A DNA stretch of 64,000 bases from Octopus sinensis (Eukaryota), in NCBI RefSeq assembly GCF_006345805.1, contig NC_043003.1:40672001-40736000 (forward strand), written 5' to 3'. Shown here one piece after another: positions 58,077 to 64,000 of the stretch (its first letter is position 1; each line of letters opens with the position of its first letter). Below the pieces are notes generated by a model. That model was not told the DNA's origin. It made no database searches and saw nothing but the letters and a program-made list of their open reading frames with translations. Made by a program: the position numbers and the translations under genes.

Positions 58077-59329
58077 GTGTGTGTGTGTGTTTTGAAGATA
58101 AAACGTAAACAATGTGGAATTTGCCTGTCCGAGTGTGGTATAAACAAGCTAATTTTTCTTATCTTGAGGATTTGCTTACAGTATTGACTTCGAGAATACA
58201 TATGACTGGGTTGAAATTAATTATCAACAGTTGTCTCATGTTCGATATTGCCCAGACTTGAATTAAGAACAGTTTTTTTGTTAAACGGAGATTATTACCG
58301 TTCATTACCATTATACAAGTGTGGTATATATATATATAGGAAAAAAATCAACTGTTGACGCCTGAGCATCATAACAATCAAAATATATTATAAAAAAAGA
58401 ACAAAACGAAATATTACAAATTTTGGAAAGTCTGTGTAATTCACTTCGAAGAATGCAGTATAAATCAATGGAGGGATAATATAATTGGTTTAGTCTTGTC
58501 TAAAGGCATTAATAGCGAATAAAAAGTGAGAATCGAAAGAGAAAATGACGTCTTATTTAATATAAAATTGCTGGTTTTTGTTACATGCTTAAAACGAGGA
58601 TGAACGATTAACTACTAACTTCTTTGAGTTCTCCACTCAATTCTTGCTTGCGTTGTAAGGCACCATCTATGACGGTTATGGGAAGTTAAACCAGACATAG
58701 CCCATTCCTTTCAAGGTTTGACCATAATCGATTATTTTTTGGGAGATGAGACAGGGAATGAAAGAGAGAAATGTGAGAAAGAAAGAAAGAAGTAAAAATG
58801 ATAGAAATAAGGTAAGAAAAACAGAAAATGAAGCCAAGAACTTAGCATTGAATGATGCTTTATTTATCGAAATTGAAATGATGGAAGGCAACATTTCAAC
58901 GGGGCTCAAGATTAGTAAACATATGCTGATCAAATTTCGAAACTAGTTCCTAAAATGTTTTGCATTGGCGCTTACACAGGATTCTTTGTATATCGATTCG
59001 TATTTTGCTGTTTTAGTGTACTGCCATATTAGGACACTGTATTAAAAGTTTTAGTCAACAAATTGACACCAGTTCATCATTTCTAAATGTCTAGTGGTAT
59101 CTTTTGCCAAACCATAATTTTATGTGGACATAAACTACCCAACACTATGTGTCAAGCGGTGGACAGGTGCCCGCACGCACACAGAGACACTCACACACAC
59201 ATACGGCAGATTTTTGCACAATTTCTGCCAAACCAATTCATTCATATGGCATTGGTCAGCCCGCAGCTATACTCGTCCAAGGTGCCGTACAATGGGACTA
59301 AACTCGAAACTGAATGATTGCAAAGGTTG

Positions 59330-59481
59330 TTTTTCATTGTCTCTCTGTTTATTTTCTCTTATGCCTTTCCGTTGATGAGCGTAGGCTTGAAACGTATAAG
59401 CCTTTCTCACTTACCCAAGCGTCAAACAAATGTACCTGCTTGTTGTTCATACAACTGTCTTCGTCTTTTGTTTTTCTATAA

Positions 59482-59527
<46 letters not shown>

Positions 59528-59660
59528 CAGAAAACAGAAGACGAAGACAGGTGTATTAGATGACGCTCGGGAAAATGAAATGGTCTTTTACGTTTCGTGC
59601 CTACGCTCTTCAACGGAAAAGAATAAGTGAAAATAAACAGAGAAACAATGATAAAAAACC
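59330..59660. mobile_element. Two PLE pLTR 3' ends joined tail-to-tail around (TA)n
   Basis: 59330-59486 (+) and 59524-59660 (-) are mutually inverted; HHR-like motifs at 59372-59396 and 59589-59613. Confidence 0.75.
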
Positions 59661-59752
59661 TGTGATTTAGTGGTCAAGCATGGCGGGGGATTAGAAAAAA
59701 AGTTTGAAGGAAGAGGTTGTAAGAAAGGGAGATAATAAAGTGATATATATAT

Positions 59753-59825
<73 letters not shown>

Positions 59826-59842
59826 GATATATATATCTTATA

Positions 59843-60003
59843 GCTGCAGGAATGGCTGTAAGGTAAGAAGCAGGCTTCCCAACCACATGGTTCCCGGTTC
59901 AGTCCCATTGCGTTGTACTTTGCGGAAGTGTCTTCTACAATAGCCTCAGATCGACCAAAGCCTTGTGATTGGATTTGGTATACGAAAACCAAAAGAAGCC
60001 CGT

Positions 60004-60067
<64 letters not shown>

Positions 60068-60075
60068 TTTGTCTG
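59843..60075 (+). mobile_element. SINE family A, 5' half
   Basis: aaccacatggttcccggttcagtcccattgcg...gaagcccgt followed by (TG)n. Confidence 0.8.
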
Positions 60076-61188
60076 TATTTCATGTAATTCGGTGGAATGA
60101 AACTAAATTGATTCTTGCTTGTTGATGACTAAAATGTATTTGTACAATTACAAGAAGATACAAGAGAAAAAAGATCTCGACGGACGCGTTGAATTGCAGT
60201 ATGTGGAAACTAAAAGTTATTGACTATTTAATCTTTTGATGTCGAGCATATTACACACCTTGAAATCTGAAAAAGAAAATGGAAAACCTCGCGGGATATG
60301 ATGTTATAAATACTTATCTCCAAGCATTCATCAAAGACTAAAATCTATGTATACAGGAATACCTAAACATACATTGGTAATTGATTCCAAAAGGGGCAAA
60401 CAAACATTAAAAACGATATAACTCAAAAACTTAAATAAATATACAAACTATAGAAAACATTGGAAAAATTAATTGAAATTCATCAAAAAGACTTCCGGCG
60501 TGTATAAAGAATAATTTTATGCATATAAATAAAGCAAGATAACACGAAGTAAAATGTGTCAAATTAACTTTAAAAAAAATCGATGAAAATAAAAAAAAAA
60601 TGCTTGATTGGCCAGAAGTGGAGTTTGGTAGAGAAACAAGGATTAGTGTTGACGTTAAAGGCAAAGCAACAGGTTCGTCGTCAAACACTGTCAATTTAGA
60701 ATGTTGAATTCACACGTGCAGCAAGAACTAGTGTAGAATGGTTTTATACAATTTCTTATCCAAAGCAAACAATAACAAACAAAAGCGTTGTGAACTGCCC
60801 TCATAATTCTAACAAAGGGCTCAGCATTAGGATCCTAATACTGACTAATGATTTCTTCTAATGTTTCTTACTGCTATACAAGGGCTATAAAAGGGATTAA
60901 AACGCGTGAGTGAAAAGCATCGCCCTCAATGAAGACGGAGACAGTGAAATTAAGCTTATACTTGACAGGTAATTACTTTATCTATCACGAATGGAAGGAA
61001 GGACTGATAAGTGTATTTGACCTATGCAGGATTTGAACTCACAGTGTTATGAAGTGTAGAACTATCAGAATAATATATAAAATTAAATTGATTAAAATGT
61101 AATTAATAAACCGTAAACCAAATAGATAAATTCATTCGGTATGGCGAACTGGTGGAGAAGTCGTAATGAAATATTTTGAGGTACATAA

Positions 61189-61765
61189 GGCGGCGAGCTG
61201 GCAGAAACGTTAGCACGCCGGGCGAAATGTGTAGCCGTATTTCGTCCGCCGTTACGTTCTGAGTTCAAGTTCCACCGAGATCGACTTTGCCTTTCATCCT
61301 TTCGGGGTCGATAAATTAAGTACCAGTTATGCACTGGGGTCGATGTAATCGACTAAATCCGCTGTCTCTCCTTGTTTGTCCCCCCTGTGTTTAACCTCTT
61401 GTGGGTAGTGAAAAAGTAGGAAATAGGTATTTCGTTCTGAGTTCAAATTCCGCCGAGGTCGACTTTGCCTTTCATCATTTCGGGGTCGATTAAATAAGTA
61501 CCAGTTACGCATTGGCGGTCGATATAATCGACTTAATCCGTTTGTCTGTCCTTGTTTGTCCTCTCTGTGTTTAGCCCCTTGTGCGTAGTAAAAAATAGGT
61601 ATTTCTTTGGTCTTTACGTTCTGAGTTCAATTTCCGCCGAGGTCGACTTTGCGTTTCATCCATTCGGAGTCGATAAATTAAGTACCGGCTGCGTACTGGG
61701 GCGATTTAATCGACTGGCCCCCTCCCCACAAACTTCGGGCCTTGTGCCTAGAGTAGAAAAGAATA
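61189..61765 (+). mobile_element. SINE family B with one head and three tandem bodies
   Basis: gttctgagttcaa.ttcc..cgag.tcgactttg recurs at about 61256, 61435 and 61618. Confidence 0.85.
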
Positions 61766-62390
61766 TTTTGAGGTGCATATATATATATACATACACGCAG
61801 ACACATACACACATATACACATTTGCACCTACCTCTTAGGCCCTGCGATACTAATAAACTGGTGTAGAAATCACTATACTTATGCTTTGGAACACAGCGT
61901 AAGTCGAGTACTGAGCGGTATTAAGAAAAATGAGATGACAAGGGAATAAAGGGTTATGTTATGAACTTCATTAGCTTGCAGCTGTTTCCGCTACGAGATG
62001 CGGTGGACCTATAGTTCAGTGACTTAGTAACACCTTATAGCTTCATCGGAGACTCAGTACAGAAACAACTGTAAGGTAATGAAGCTAATAAGAATTGTTT
62101 ATTCCTTTGTGATCTCTCTTTTTCTTATATACAATATATATACAAGATAACAGATGGAGATATAGACTGATAAACTGATATATAGGTACATTTGCACATA
62201 TATACACTGGCAAACCTAATTAATTGGCTTATGAACATGTATGTATATATTGACAAGTGTTTAGATAAGCGTATATCTTTTGTATGTATCGTTTAGGAAA
62301 TAAACAGACAAGTTTATTAGTTGGTATTTTTTTTAATTCCACGCGGATCACGTACATAGAATTATCTCCCTTACCCTCGCCTCTCATTTA

Positions 62391-62430
<40 letters not shown>

Positions 62431-63071
62431 GACACACAGGCGCGTGCGTAAAGTTTTTACTCTTATATACTTCGTTGTCTGTGCCTGTCTATCTCTGTTT
62501 AACATTATATACAGACAGATGTGTATACATGTAAAAACACATTCACAAACACATTTGCGTATTTGTATGTGAACAAGTGTTTATATGTAACTGTCTACAA
62601 CTATATTAATTTCCAGTTATAGACTGTGTATAAAACTACAGTGGATACAGCACGTAATTCTGCTGAAAAACCTATCCAACAAGAAATCTAATATAATGTA
62701 AGAAAATTTCAGTGAAAGCACGAAGAAATCTACAAGAAGCCAAAAAACGATATGTAGATTTTTTTCTTATAATCCAAAACTGACTTTGTTTTAAACTGTT
62801 ATAATAATTTTGATTTAGGCACTTGTATACTTATGTGTCTGTATTTTGTACATGTATAGAAATACATGTGTATGTATGAATGCTTGAATATATATATATA
62901 TATATATTTAAACACACATATATATGTATATATGTATATATACATATATATGTTTATCTATATACACGTTTATATATAAGATAAGATAAAAATAGTTGTA
63001 CATAAATCAATCATAATTTCTGTGTATATCAATCTCCTTGTCACTCATTCACTCTCTCTCTTTCTCTCTGT

Positions 63072-63113
<42 letters not shown>

Positions 63114-63377
63114 TTCCCTCTGTGTTCACGCACATACATGTTTGTGTCGGAATACATCTAGAATACATAGTTTAGGATATGACTAGTCAAAAATTTTCAA
63201 GTATATCTCCGTTTCCTCAGTAACTCTTAATATGTTTGTTTCAAATCTTGCATCAGTTTCTTATACTTTCATTTCTTCTTACGTTGTATTATCGTCAGTC
63301 TTTTTACCACCACTAGCCCTTGTTCATTATTTCTACAAACTCAATTTATTATGTCTCCGATATCTATCTATCTGTAA

Positions 63378-63570
63378 GGCGGGGAACTGGCAGGAACGTT
63401 AGCACGTCTGCCTTTACGTTCTGAGTTCAAATTCCACCGAGGTCGACTTTGCCTTTCGTCCTTTCGGGATCGATAAATTAAGCACCAGTTGCGCACTGGG
63501 GGAGGGGTAAAGTCTAATCGACTTTACACCTCCCCCAAAATTTCAGGCCTTGTGCCTAGAGAGAAAAAGA
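63378..63570 (+). mobile_element. SINE family B
   Basis: ggcggggaactggcaggaacgttagcacg...cttgtgcctagagagaaa. Confidence 0.8.
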
Positions 63571-63580
63571 TATCTATGCT

Positions 63581-63615
<35 letters not shown>

Positions 63616-63638
63616 ATGTATGTATGTATGTATGTATG

Positions 63639-63753
<115 letters not shown>

Positions 63754-64000
63754 CTTGATTAATTGATAGATAGGTATCTCACCACTTCAGTAAAATTATA
63801 AGAGAATGAAGGGGAAAATGAATCAACAACACGGTGTCAGGCGAAAGAAAGTACTCAAGTAAGTGAAATGTATAATAAAAATAATCTAACGTTTCGGGTT
63901 TATTCTTTTATCAAAAACAATATAAAGGAATAAGAATGCAAGATGATAGACTATAATAAAAGATGTTGAATACACGACATTTATGTACATAGTATGATAT

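Noticed and set aside
58746-58946. 66-aa Lys/Glu/Arg-rich ORF
   Set aside because: Purine-rich low-complexity start and no recognisable domain.

Overview
AT-rich animal genomic DNA, intronic or intergenic. It is most likely a coleoid cephalopod such as Octopus; this is inferred from two very abundant octopus-type tRNA-SINE families and dense (TA)n/(TATC)n/(GTAT)n/(TAA)n microsatellites. I recognise no host protein-coding gene, and nearly all ORFs in the supplied track are microsatellite translation artefacts. The window is a transposon graveyard: a full-length dead IR/DR Tc1 element, mariner fragments and a mariner MITE, an internally deleted hAT (hATm-like) element with an 8-bp TSD, a HINE/Helentron-type element, a 187-bp-arm foldback element, R4/Dong-like LINE remnants, many SINEs, a near-identical 1.66-kb tandem duplication, and several Penelope-like element (PLE) remnants. 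The main signal is RNA-structural: the PLE termini carry three hammerhead-ribozyme (HHR)-related architectures. The best lead is at 41954-42013, where the conserved HHR core motifs and all three stems are present but in a non-circularly permuted order. A homologous family member at 51844-51902 and 52805-52860 shows a fully covaried stem I. Ribozyme activity and exon/promoter calls are untested inferences.
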